DNA of 64,000 bases, taken from positions 2,450,485-2,514,484 of the forward strand of contig NC_134027.1 of the NCBI RefSeq assembly GCF_964204645.1, given 5' to 3'. Position 1 is the first letter of the stretch; the number at the start of each line of letters is the position of its first letter. Under the pieces are notes generated by a model. It saw only the letters and a list, made by a program, of their open reading frames with translations. It ran no database searches and was not told the DNA's origin. This stretch comes from Tubulanus polymorphus. Lineage: Eukaryota; Animalia; Nemertea. The position numbers and the translations under genes were made by a program. Positions 1-19,877 of the stretch are shown here, piece by piece.

Positions 1-3000
1 TAACATCGTTTGGTATACTTAATGTATATGTTTGCGCCGTCATACACGGAATTCAAGGTTACACTGTCGCGCTATATTTGACAAATGAGCAGATTTCTGA
101 AAGATTATCATTCTACCATTCGTTGGGTTGTTTATATACACACCACGAGTTATGGATAGATTTTTTGCGACTGATTCCAAATTGATCCCAGTTGTCAAGT
201 GATAGTCCTAATAGCTCTTCACGTCTCCGATCGTATAGTAGCTAACAGGCAAAATTTCTGACATTAATTGCTTGTACGCAGCCATTTATTGGGTAGTAAA
301 AATCGTGTCTTTGATATTCGTCGGGTGGATTTCATCAGGAAATAATTCGCATTTTGCACTGTTCACATAAGCTGCTAATAACTACGCTTTGGGTGATAAA
401 TACTTGAGATCTCATACATCATTCTGAGGCGCGGAATAGAATTAAGAATTGTGAACGATGCGTTTTGTCGGTCGTGGGCGTTTAGAGAATCTTGTACCTA
501 CAAACTCATAAACACATCGTCTGTTGAGTTCCCATTAATCGGTGAACAGACCTAGACGTGTTGATTATTTGGTATTTGACGTAAAACATCTAAATTCTGA
601 AACTATCGATTTATGCACAAACGTTCAGTGAAAATCTCTCTCATATGTACAGGTCATTTATAGGTTGTTGCTTTCATTAATATCTACTATCACTCATTTA
701 GTTTCCTCTTGAACTTTTTCCACATTTTATTTTACTCGAGACAAGTCTTAATTAGAGATCAGTGTCAGTCATGTGTTTAATTGAATTTCGGTACTTTGCG
801 CATCCAACTTTATGATCATAATTCAACAACTCAACAGATTCCGCAGGGAACGCGCGGAACCTTCGTGTTTTCGTTTCGTCTGTTAAAAATACATTAAACA
901 ATTATTAACTGAGTTAATTGGTTGGAAACTGAAGCTGAGTTTTTCGTTAATTCGCTCGAAATAAGATAATTACATCGATGAGTTTGGATCGAGGTTAGAT
1001 GAATGACAGCGTCGTTACGAGACGCCATCTCTTCCACTTGTTGAATATAGAGCCTTCAACGAGTTGACATTATCGGAAGGAGATAATTGAGCATTCGTTT
1101 ACGCGTGAAATTGATGGCTTAAAAACCTGAAAATATTAATGGAAATTCAAAATAAACAAACGCGACGAAAATCAAGCGAATCTCGACGCATTTTGGAGAT
1201 CTGCGCTGGTCTTGTTTGTATTGGACAAAACTCATTAAGTTTAATGAATTTGTGCGGGCCTTAGTTTATAATGGTTTTACTTAATATCTTCAGAACAATA
1301 AATCCTGTAATTCCAATATGCGAATTAACGTTTGTGATATTAGGTTACCGTGCAGCTTATTGGAAAATCGTGTTTATTAAATATTGACATGGTATTACGT
1401 TACGTAGCGAAATAGTCAACTAGGTCCAATAGTTGCATTGATATTTAAAGTCTGGGCAACATAATTTGAGGGAAAATATAGATTTTTATGTTTTCAAATT
1501 TGGAAAAACTACATGAACATCTGGCCTGCAAACTTTTAAGCGTTATAATGCACTTTTAGGCTTCAAAAATGCAAATGCCGCGTTACAATTATCGTCGACA
1601 ATCCGTAGTGTGACAACTGACAGTAACTGTGAGACACACGCAGCAAAAATTCAATATAGGACACAGAAGGAACTGAGCTTAAAAGCTTTCAGTTTTATTT
1701 CGCTAAGTGGACCCATTCCTGTGCCATGTGAAGATGTTAAAAATCTTTCGTGACAAGAAAGTAGATCCCGCGATCTCAGATCTGCACGATTTTTCATCGC
1801 GACTTTCGCAGAAAATTCACTCTCCGAGAAGTTCGCTAACTTCTTAATGTAACACCATGTGCTTTTATCCAGGTGACTACGTCATATTGACGGCCAAAAA
1901 CTGTGATTTACATTATAGAAGCTCAAAGTATGTAAATCCTCGCCCCGATCATCTTCTTAGGATAGATTTTGAAATGCTTAACTTTTATCGTAATTACATG
2001 CAATAAATTTGGTATTAGCAATAAAATGTAAGTGTTTTGATAAGTGAGGCCTAACTCTCATTCTCATGTAATAATATAGTGAATTACCAAATAGTAACTG
2101 TTATCATTCTGATGCAGAAATCTTTCTCATGCCACGCTGTAGTTTATGATGACAATGGTAGATCGTGTGGTTATTACCTCTCCTTCCACACGTCTAAATG
2201 CTTCTCCATATACAGTAATCAAGTTCGTGACGGTTGGAAACTCGCACTGAAAGCCGGTATATTGAATGGTACATTCAATCACAAATGTTTTCTGGTCGTG
2301 TTATTGGCGTCGAAGCTGCTGGACAGATACCCAATTATTTACGAGCCTGCTTCTGTTTTTTTTTTATATGATCTTCAGGACGGTTCGTCACATGTTGTCT
2401 GAAAAGGTCCTAATGCTTCATTCGCGATAAGTTTTATTGCTATTCCACACGCACATGGCTAAACTTGTTGCCTCTAGTAACGTTAGTACTATTTCATGGA
2501 AAAACTAGCTTTACACTTAATTATCAAAGATACGGAGAAATTTCATTAGACAGAATATCATTTATTGTCATGAAAAAACAACGAAAACCAATTAAATGTA
2601 TTGAAATGACACATTAGAACTGAAGGTGATACATCATGCACGCGATGGGTGGAAATTTGTTGCTTTTTGTGAAGATCGATTGTTCACGGTTCGATGGTTG
2701 TAATTTCCTATTTTTTATCTGAGCTCTCGGTGTCTGCACCTGAGAATCTGATTGGTGGAAATGATGCCGCTCTGTAAACCTGTATTGTCGTCGTGTGCAC
2801 TGCGGCGATGCTGTGATGGTTTGTATTTGTTGAACAGGTAGAAATCGGAAGAAATTCAATTTACCTGTTTGTAAGGAAAGGCAACGGTGCGATACAAGCA
2901 TACAGAAATACGATCAGTACCTAGTCTCCTGGTGGCAATCTCTCCGCAACCATCAAATCTAAATCACATCCAACTTAGACATTTTTTTTCCAGTGAAAAT

Positions 3001-3259
3001 GCGATTCGAGTCGGAATGCATAAAATATTTCCGCGTGGTTTTTTTGGTTTCAAGATTTTGTTGAAAATATTTGAATAATGCTGTAACAAAAACTAGAAAG
3101 TAATAGCAGCTTTTGAAGCAATCAGTTAGAAATTTTTTTTCCAGATTTCCAAACTTTCTTTACAAATATTCCTTAATCGAATACATCTCAGGTATAAAAA
3201 ACATTCATTCTGCGAAGATTATTTGCAATATGTCACTGACTGTCGTAATATTTTTTCAG

Positions 3260-9655
<6,396 letters not shown>

Positions 9656-11044
9656 TAGAACATCATTGACTTTAGTCGAATCGACATTTTCCGAGGTGTA
9701 GTTTTTAACGCTAGTGACGAATCTTGAAAAAATAAAAGAAAGTCGTAAAGCGGTTAAGCAAGCGGTCTATAGTCCAACGATAAGGATGTGGTTACTGATC
9801 AGAAACGAAGATCGAAGCCTGTGCTGGCCTCTCTGGCACCTGTGCGTGAGGCCTATCATCGCAAACTCGAGCGGACAATTTGCGGACGCGCATTAAATGT
9901 TGCATATGGATGATGAATAAATGCTAGCTTTATAGAAGTCTTGTCAAAATTCTTATTTTACTCGTGTCTTTGAATTGAGTCTAGCTGTTTTTGCTACGTG
10001 TGTGTATCATTTGCTACGAACGCAATATATTCATAGAGAAACTATACTTTGCTATCAGAATCAACGACTGACCCAGAATCATGTGAAACATTTTCAATAT
10101 CAAACCGATTATGTGTAAATAAAGAAGTCGTACAGTTAATGTTCGCGTAAAAATCATAGCTGTGCGAAGTAGGTTCGGATCATATGATTCTATACCATTG
10201 TTAAACCTGCACCTGATTTTATTTTGACGTATTATTCTACACCGATTATTCTAGATTTTTGGGAAATTTTGAATAAAATCGCGTATAGATTACCTTAAGG
10301 GTTCACGTTCACCGAAGTCAAGGATTAGCTATGTGTATGGTACCAAGTGACCCCATACTTATATACGAATTGTGTGGTTATTGTCATTGCAATTAAATCT
10401 TGGTACCAATCAAATATTTTTGTAAAAAAAACTGGTCTTAATAACTTAGAATAAGCTTGCAATATTCTATCGTATTGTTTTGCCAATCGATGTTCTGATA
10501 AATGTAATATTGATCAAGGGAATAAATGACATTATCAAATAACCCGAACATGTCAGCTTTCTGTGGAAGGATTTTTTCCGCCCGCCTCAAGTTGTATCTT
10601 TTCAATCAACTGGTTTAGTAGTCGTGTAAAATGCCGGGCTTGAGTTGAGAATTTAAATCGTAGTCTGTAAATACATTTAAGTTATGTTTATCTCAGAAGA
10701 TTTTGTACATTGGAATGGATATATTGAAATAAAACAATTATGATTATTTCCAAAAATTATTTGTTGGTGGTTTAGGTTTTTCGGGAAATTCCTCGTCATA
10801 ATAAGAGAACAAATTTATTTTTATTATAAGGACTGTTCTCGACGAGGTTATCTGTGGCTTTAATGTTTCATTTGTTCATGTATGTCACATTTGACCGTCA
10901 AGGGTGAATTTACTTCAGTGTTTAGCGAATGCGCTTGATTCTAATATGACGCGCTCTGACGTCAAGCGGTTACGATCAAATTAGTTCCGCACTCCGCCAT
11001 CTTAATGAAATGGCAGCAGGTGACGGTAGATCCTCGCGGCTGTC

Positions 11045-13597
11045 ATGGACGCCGTTTCAAGAGCTGTTCCATGCCCAATTTGCGGCCGTTCTGTCAATTC
11101 TGCTTTTATCAACAGCCATATTGACAGCTGTCTAAGTGCGGAGAAGATTGAAGAGGACAGTCCCAAAAGTAGTTCTTATGTGTCTTCACCAACAGAAGGT
11201 TATCCTAAATAAAAAGTTTATTCTTAATCGCATGCTCGTTCAATCTAGTTAGAGCCCTTTAGAACTGGTGGTACCGTATTTCAGGTAACATGAACTCAGA
11301 AGCTCGTAAACCTTCTTCGAAGACAAAGCAAACACTGCTTTTTGGGGTGCCAGCAAATAACAAGAAACGTAAGGTGGAGAACGATGTACATGTAGTGGCA
11401 TCAACATCGGTAACCCAACCTGCTGGGAAGGCAGCAAAATCTGATGCTGCAACCCATGTTGAAAAAATGATAGATTTAAATGGTGTGAAACCATTAGCTG
11501 ATCAGATGAGACCAAATTCATTGGAGGATTTTGTCGGTCAAAAACAAGCTGTTGGTCAAAGTACAACGCTCAGGTCTTTACTCGATGCTAATCAGATTCC
11601 CTCATTGATTCTGTGGGGTCCTCCTGGTTGTGGAAAGGTAATTAAAATTTGTCAGATTCACAGAGATTCGAAATCTAGAGAATTTCCTGAAAATTAAGGT
11701 TAATCCTTGAACATCGTCTAAATGATAGTAAATATAATTTTCAGACCACATTAGCTCATATCGTTGCAACTCAAAACAAGTCTAACGAAAAATATCGCTT
11801 TGTGAAGATGTCAGCCATCAGTTCCGGTGTAGCAGATGTGAAAGAAGCGATAAAACGTGCACAAAATGAACTGAAAATGTTTAAACGCAAAACGATTCTA
11901 TTCATCGATGAAATTCACAGATTTAATAAATTACAGCAGGTTTCTATATGATTCAAAACAGTTAACCTACTGCGCTTAACTCAACATGGCCAACTTAAAA
12001 CATTCAATTTACTCGGCAAAAACAAAATCATTTTCTGACTTTCTTACATAGCCTTTTTTGCGATTCTTGTAGATTGTTGTATTTTAGGATGCATTTTTGC
12101 CACATATTGAAGATGGGACAATTACATTTTTCGGTGCAACAACAGAAAATCCATCCTTTCAAATCAACAACGCATTGTTGAGTCGTTGTAGGGTGATAAC
12201 TTTAGAGAAATTAACAGTAGATGATATCGAAAATATCTTAAAACATGCGTTGTCTCAATTAGATATTGGTATCGTTGAAGATGACTGCAGGATTGTTGAA
12301 GTCAGGTGAACATTCGATATAGAACCTACTTGTGCTTTCAAAGTTACTTGATGTTAAAAGTACAGTAAATTTTATAGGAAAATGAATAAGAACATGATAA
12401 AGCAAGCAGCTGTGAAAAATCTAGCGTATTTGTGCGACGGTGATGCTCGCAGTGCTTTAAATGGTTTGCAAGTTGTCGTTCAATCCCAGATAGTAAAACA
12501 ATCTAATACTACTGATAGTGATCTGGGAGGATTTGTTGTTATCACGGAGGAACACGTTAAAGAAGGTCTTCAAAAAGCACATTTACAATATGATCGCGCT
12601 GGTGAGTTATTACAGTAAAACTCAGATAAATTGTCACATCATATGAGTTCCAACTTCACTGAATAACCAATTTTCTACAGGTGAAGACCACTATAATTGT
12701 GCATCTGCATTTCAAAAGTCAATTCGTGGATCTGATGAGAATGCTGCGATTTACTGGTTGGCGAGAATGTTTGAAGGTGGAGAAGATCCACTATTCATAG
12801 CTAGGAGGCTTGTTGTTTGTGCTAGTGAAGATATAGGTGTGTTTCATCGATATCACCTACTCTATTATGGACATACCGTATGTAACTGAACTTACTTTTA
12901 AAATGATTCTATTTTAGGTTTGGCAGATCCTAATGCTGTAGTCCAGGCCAATGCTGCCTATCAGGCTTGTCACTTTATTGGTCGTCCTGAGTGTGGAGTG
13001 AGTTTTCTGATCTAGGATCCAACATAGATAGGTTTCCATAGACAAGTGACTGTCATATTCAATTGAAAAAAAGAGCCACAATTACAAATCAATTATTAAT
13101 TGAGGATTGATATTTTGACTAAAATGCCAAGCTGTTTTGAAAATGGCTCGTAGCATTCGAGTTGAAACGTCAAAATCCTCTATTACCGGGTAGTCTTACT
13201 TCATACAGGTTTTTCTCTCACAAATATATCTACAACCAGTATTCGTGTTTTATGATTTCAGATTAATTTAGCACAGGCCACAGTTTATCTCGCGAGAGCA
13301 CCGAAATCAATTGAAAGTTACCAGGCATTCAAAAATGCAAGAAAGGCTGTTGTTGATTGGAAAGGACCCTTGCCTCCAGTGCCATTACATCTCAGAAATG
13401 CACCCACAAAATTAATGTCAAAATTAGGTAAGTGTTGTTCAATTGAGTTCAGCTTAATTGATGACCATAGCTTTAACAATAAACCGTCTATTTTAGGTTA
13501 TGGTAAGGGCTACAAATACAACCCATCATTCACTGAGGAAGTTCATCAAACTTATTTACCAGATGAGATGATTGGTACAAACTTCTTTAATGGCTGA
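11045..13597 (+). CDS. WRNIP1: ATPase WRNIP1 (Mgs1/RarA family AAA+ with UBZ zinc finger)
   Basis: Exon 1 (11045-11198) encodes the UBZ '[21 protein letters not shown]'. Later exons give '[17 protein letters not shown]', Walker A '[10 protein letters not shown]', Walker B '[15 protein letters not shown]', 'GATTENPSF', '[11 protein letters not shown]' and '[22 protein letters not shown]'. TGA ends at 13597. Confidence 0.96.
13135..13175 (+). ncRNA. Degenerate hammerhead ribozyme-like motif in a WRNIP1 intron
   Basis: TTGAAAA-T-GGCTCG-tagcatt-CGAGTT-GAAAC-GTC-AAAA. Stem II and GAAACGTC are retained, but the core differs from CTGAAGA at two positions. Confidence 0.4.
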
Positions 13598-14295
13598 CAT
13601 TCGATCGTTCAATTCAATTTTTATAGGGTATGCATTTGTTTTGTAAGATATATCTGTTTAATACAGTGAAGAGAAAATATATCATTCTGTAGATTTTGTA
13701 TTGTTACTGTTGACTAGTTTTCAGGATAGAGACAGTATAACAGGTAAACAGTGAAGGCAGGAGCAATGAACAAACTATTCTACGTGTATTGATTGTTCAT
13801 TTATTTATTTAGCTTGCGTGATTTAATACAATCTGAATCTGTAATACACCCCAGAATAAATACGATTAAATTACAATAATCATTGTATCACAGATAATTT
13901 CGGAAGGTGGTACGTGTAAAATTAAATAATAAAATTGCGAGAAAAAATCAATCAACAATCCACAACCAATTTAAGAATACGCCTCGATTAATGAATATTT
14001 CAAAGTTTTACTTTGCACAAGGGGCCATCCGCAAAGTACATGAAATTAGCAACTTCTCTCTATGTACATAAAGTAATGAAAACCAGCAATTTTTGCGTGT
14101 CGGTATGTGCTTCACGGATGGCCTCGAAATGAATTTAATAAAATGCAAAGCTGATGAATTCTTGGCATTAAATAGGAATACATTATGTACACGACGTAAA
14201 GTGACAACATTCACACTTCGATGTAACATCAAATTTATGCAAATATGTTTGAGCTAAAAACCGAATAAACCAAACTGCTGCCTTACGCTAATCTC

Positions 14296-17200
14296 TCATA
14301 CTGATCTGTATCGACTTTGATTCACTCTACGACGAGACCAAACAAATGGCGATATTCCGATCATTAATATAGTCATACCGATCATAGGTCGATACATAAT
14401 CCACGAAATCGATATAATAGTCAAACTTAAACTGATCGATAAACAAACATTCATCATGTTCACTCCTAACACAATTATATCTCGTAAAATCGGTATCCAA
14501 TCCACTGAAAAATATAATTCATAGTTATATATACTAGGATCATACGGAGTTATTCTTACTAGTTATTACCCATCTGTCCATTTCTTGATTAACTTCCCGT
14601 CCAATTCTCATTGCGCCAGGGCATTAGGCTTTTCATCAAAAGTACCCCTTGGGGTTCCTTTTTGTCCTTTTTCTTGATTTAATTTTACAATGTACAAGTA
14701 CTTTCTTTAACTTTTTATTTTATGGAATATGATGACTGTATTTTAGTACAATGTATTGTACTTTACAATAAAGAAATAAACTTATAATAATAATGATAAT
14801 AATTCGAAGAACGCATTTTTAGAGTGATTTTAGATACATACGAAAAACTACTGAATTTACCTAATGTTGTTACAATATTCGTTAAACAGCCAAAACCTAT
14901 GAACATCATCAGCCAACCTCCAAACCTAAATGCCCACGTCACCAGTGTATTATGTGCTAGTTGTTTGTCAAATATTTCCTAAAATAAGAAGATGAAAGGA
15001 ACAGTTGTATTAGATTTCATCAGTCATGCATCTAGCTGGATCAGTTAAAGCAGCTGATTTTAAAACGTGTGAATGTACAACATTGATTTGGTCCATTCTT
15101 CCATGTGGGGCCAAATTAGAAGGGACTAAACTAGTGGCTTATGACCTGTGACTTTAGGACCTGTAGTTTCTGTACCTGTGGTGTATGTTCCCCCATATAC
15201 AATAATTCGATGTCGTATCCGTCTATTGTTGTTTGATATGATAGAAGATTGGTTCCCATTTGTCTTGCGATCACACTCACCTAGTGATAATCGATTTACA
15301 AAGCAATTAACATACATTATCAAACATAAGAAATAATATTTTATTGCATTGTGACTTACAGTGTCTGCCTTCTCACTGTCATCGGTCAGACCAGCGTAAG
15401 AAAATGTAACCTTGAGATCGCCAATCTGAAACATGTATACCTTATCATAATCTACACAAAAATACCCACTTGATCCAATTTATCAGAAATCTAGATTATA
15501 TATCATGTTTTACATATACCAGGTACATTTACGGTATAGGAGAACCATGGATCAGATCATAATCCAGATCAAACTGATCTGAATTAAGTGCGTTATAGCG
15601 TAGTTAAACATAGATTTACCTGAGGTCTTAATGGGTTTATACCATGGTAAAAATCGCCGTCATGTAAGATGACTTCTTTGTTCGCTGGGGCAGATTTTGG
15701 GAAGAATTTCTGAAAATCACTTATTTTCTCAGTTAGTCCTGGAAGAATGAAATGAAAGATTTTAAACGATCTGTGGACGATGAAATAAAAGGCGAAAACA
15801 AAACGAGATTCTATTCATACCGACTGATAGGTGAAAGTTTCCAACACGAGGATTTGCGGCGATGTCTTCTTTTGAGGTAACTGGAAATGATCTGCAATTG
15901 ATAATCAGCATCTGTTATTGTATGAACTACAGCTAAACATAAACGAGAATTCGAGTTCAAACGTACTGAGGATTATGATGTCCATTAGGATTATGGAACG
16001 ATGAAGATGAGGTCAGCTCTGAACTCCATTTCTGCGCTGCAAAATAATCAGATTTTTTTAAATTTCAGAATCCCAGCTGCTTGTAGTGAAATGAATAAAA
16101 CAATTCTGTATTTCTGTCATCCTCCCCGGCAGGGATTCGAACCTGATGGCATCGAGATTGCCACGGCACGAAACCCTGCCATAATCGACCGTGTGCGCAG
16201 ATACATGCGCAGTTCAGATGATGTGATTTTTAGCCAATCAGAAATCCCGTTTTATTTTAGCCCGGGTTTTCCCATTTATAGTTCTTCCTTGAAATTTGCC
16301 TCAACAATTATACAACGAGCAATCTGATTGGTGCCGCCAGTTTTCGTTCGGAAAGCTGCGCATGTACCTGCGCACCCGGTCTACTGATGCAGGGGTTCGT
16401 GCCGTGGCTGAGTGTAGCGATGCCATCAGGTTCGAGTCCCTGCAGAGGGAGGATGTATATCTGTATGCAAGTACTAACTGTATGAATAAGATGTTTCTAC
16501 TCTGGTTTGTCCATCCTCCTCAAATTCCCTAAAATCATCAAAATTTGTTCGTAAACATTTCTAAGTATTTGAAGAATGAGAAGCTATCAATGAAATACCA
16601 GTATTGTATTAGCATGAGGTGCTATCCATTAAATATTACCTTTTGGATTCTATTTCGACCCACTGATACATCTCAACATGGCGTTTTAATTTGATAGCAT
16701 TTACCGTTATATCATATTCAGCATCATGTACGGCCTAAAATGTTAAATCAGCAAAGTATTTAACAAGCTTAGATTAGTTTTTAAAAACTCTAAACGGGGG
16801 TAAGATTGATGAACCATGGACTTTTCACACAATCCCTCACTTTTCTTTAATTTTTTCACATGTTCATGATTTTTCAAATTTTACAAATTTTTTAGAAAAC
16901 ATCAATTTTTCACATTAATCTTCGACTCCTCGTGGAACTAGATACTGTCAAATAGGAGACAAACCTTGTCAGCACGAAGTGGGCCGTGGACGTAGATTAG
17001 TTTTCCGTTATTTTCCTTAAATGCAACCTCAAACGACTGAAAATTTCGAACTAAGTTGATTCCCTCGTGCAATGATTTCGAAGTTTTAACCGCTCGACCC
17101 TGTAAAAAGTGTAAGTGGGAGAATGCATTAATATGTGAATATGAATATGTGTAGTTTCAATTCAAAATACACACTTTTCTTTAATCAAACGCACCTCATT

Positions 17201-17591
17201 CCAAAACAATAAATAACTAGCAGTTGCTAACAGTGCTAAACCGGCGAGGAATGCCACTAGTCCATTCTTCACTCTCTCCCCAAATGTCGGCTGTCTTCTG
17301 AATGTTGTTCTTGTTGTCCCAGTTGGATGTTGGTCTTGCATGTTATGCATGCCAGGGGCCTCTGGGAACTAAAAGGTAAATTCGAAATTCAATAACTAAT
17401 CAAACAATTCTGTCAGAAATAACCTCAATGACTTTCGATATTACAAAAAGGAATAAATGCTAATTGTTATTTGACTTGATTTTGATTGGATGACTGAATT
17501 GCACTTTTCTCGACTTGTCTTATGGCAAGAGCTCTATCAAATTCGTGCAAATACAATGGATATTACTGTAACATACATGTTGTCGGTACAT
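14296..17591 (-). CDS. TMEM43: Transmembrane protein 43 (LUMA) homolog
   Basis: Micro first exon 17577-17591 (MYRQH), then 'YLLFWNEGRAV', 'LKRHVEMYQWVE', 'IGDLKVTFSYAGL', 'TWAFRFGGWLMMFIGF' and the last exon 'VDWIPILRD...WIMYRP'. Confidence 0.93.
16118..16455. mobile_element. MITE/foldback element with long imperfect TIRs, in a TMEM43 intron
   Basis: CATCCTCCCCGGCAGGGATTCGAACCTGATGGCATCG...CCACGGCACGAAACCCTGC...TGCGCAGATACATGCGCAG is mirrored at 16355-16455. Confidence 0.8.
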
Positions 17592-18000
17592 TTGGTTATT
17601 AGCTCAGCCTATTAGAAGAGGTGATATTACGAGTAGAAGCCAATAAATTAAGAATGAATGCAGAATGAATCATTAATCTGTCAAAATGTGCAAAAGTTGG
17701 AAAACCCCATTGGGTATCCCAGTTAGCTAAATACCGAAATTAACCGATAAAATTTTCTCAAAGTTTATCGATCACGTAGGCAATGTAAAGAAATTATCTT
17801 TATGCCAATCAGCTGCAGCTGCATACAGCTTTTATATATTTTTTATCTACGAATGTTTCCCCAGAAATGTTTCAACTGATAAATAAATTTTGTATTTGAA
17901 TTATCGGAAATGAGGGGTAGTCACATGATACTTAGTGAACAAAATGGTGGACGACCAAAACAAAACCCAAAACGGCGCTATTAAACGCTAATGATGAATT

Positions 18001-19877
18001 ATGGAATCTTCAACGAATTCAAATTTAAGTGACAGTGTTGATTATAAAGTCAAACGGACTCCAACAATTACCTCAACTATTGTCGGAACGGTGGGAAATC
18101 TAGCCTACTTTATTTTGTCGTTTGTTAATCCCGCAATCGTGGGATTCGATTAACAAACGTATTACAATTACTGATAAATGATGATGATACAATGATAACA
18201 ATGCCAATTGAAAATTTAAATGTAATATTTTTTGCAGACGAGGACAGTTGAAGCAATTAAACCGAAAGAATGGTCATTTCTTGCCTTGACATGTTTGAAC
18301 TTGTTTCTTACAGTCGCTCTTACAATAGAGCGATTAGTGGTTCTAATTATCTATGAAAAGAAACCCACTTCACAAGATTTCACTTTTGCCATCTTACTTC
18401 TGTTGAATATCGGTTAGTAGCGGCTGCCATGGGTTTAAGCATTTTTTTCTCATGTAAATAATGAAGAAAACAGCAAATAAGTCGGATAAAAACAGGATTA
18501 GTTTAATAAATGGTGTGTGCATTTTCAGGATTCTGTGGATTTTACGCTATTCATGGTGTTCTCAGAGAGAGAGTATTTGAGGTCTATGCGCTCATTGCTG
18601 CTATATTAACAGTTGAACTCTATTGTATTATTGAATATATAGAAAATGTAGATGGAAGAAATACAATCAAGCTGGTAAATATTCCAAGAATTGAATAGCT
18701 TTTTCTGATGATAACACTAGGCATTTTGTAAATTAATCTGCTATTGCAGGTGCGTTTGATTGTTATTTGTGTTCTGGCTCCTTTGAATATATTCCTAGCA
18801 GTGATTGCTGCTAAAGGTTTTGGATTTCTGGACTGTAGAATCGTTGGGGCTACTCAATTCATGCAAAGTAAGATAATAAGATGTTAAAGCATTTTGTAAA
18901 AGATATAAATTATGCATTGAAATATTCTACGGATGTTTATTGGCATCAATTATTTCCAGGTATCTACAGAACATTAACCATATATTCCTGTTTCCTGAAA
19001 TTTGATCTTCAAGTAGCTGTAAGTTTTGAATGAAGCCATCAGGAATAATAAAGCTCCATTCGAATTTATCAAGAATTTTTGATTTTACTAAATTTGCAGT
19101 TGAGTATCGTTGTATTAGTGATGGTGAATGGAACAAATGTTGAATTATTTGAAATCATCACGTTATCAGTTGGGATTCCATATTCTATCATATGGACAAC
19201 ATTAGGAATTATATTCGTAAGCATCATAATGAGAATTGTGAAGGCACCGTTTATGCTGGTACATGTGTATAACCATATGAGCGACAATCTCTTCTCTCAT
19301 CTTTTCTTCAGGTCCAGAAAGAAAACAAGTTTGGAATGATTTTTCTAGCCATTTTGTCCCTACCTGCTCCAGCATATGTGATATACAAATTGATATATGT
19401 AAGAAATTTCATATGCAAATAAATCTGTATTAAAATTTGTGGTAAATTTTCATGACAGCAATACTTTAAAATAGAAAATATTTTTCTAATTAAAGGTTTA
19501 TTCTAGAATTGACACGATGAAGCCATTGGAAAACGAGGTTATTTTGTATTCTCAGTTCTTTGCAAGTAGGTGATGTTTTAATGAATTTCATTTGTTGCTA
19601 TATTTTCGTTACAATCGGGCTGATGGAGATAATATATTTTTATTAAATAGGCGCTCTGTTTCTGATAGTGAGGTTTCTATTGGCATTTGAAGGGATCTCT
19701 GTCTACAAGAACTTCGGGAAAGGATTGAAAGAAATCGATATACGTAAGCGGCAAGATTAGAATTCTTTGATACGATATTTATTGCGAATTCATCTAATAT
19801 GATGTGGTAATTTATTTGTAGCCGATGAACCAAATGAAAGATCGGGTTTGCTGAGTGGCAGATCACATACTAATTGA
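18001..19877 (+). CDS. Uncharacterised multi-pass membrane protein
   Basis: About 10 short GT-AG exons join in frame from ATG 18001 (MESSTNSNLSD...) to TGA 19875-19877, with many hydrophobic helices. The motifs 'FLKFDLQ' and 'YKNFGKGLK' resemble, from memory, the UPF0658-like family (unverified). Confidence 0.8.
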
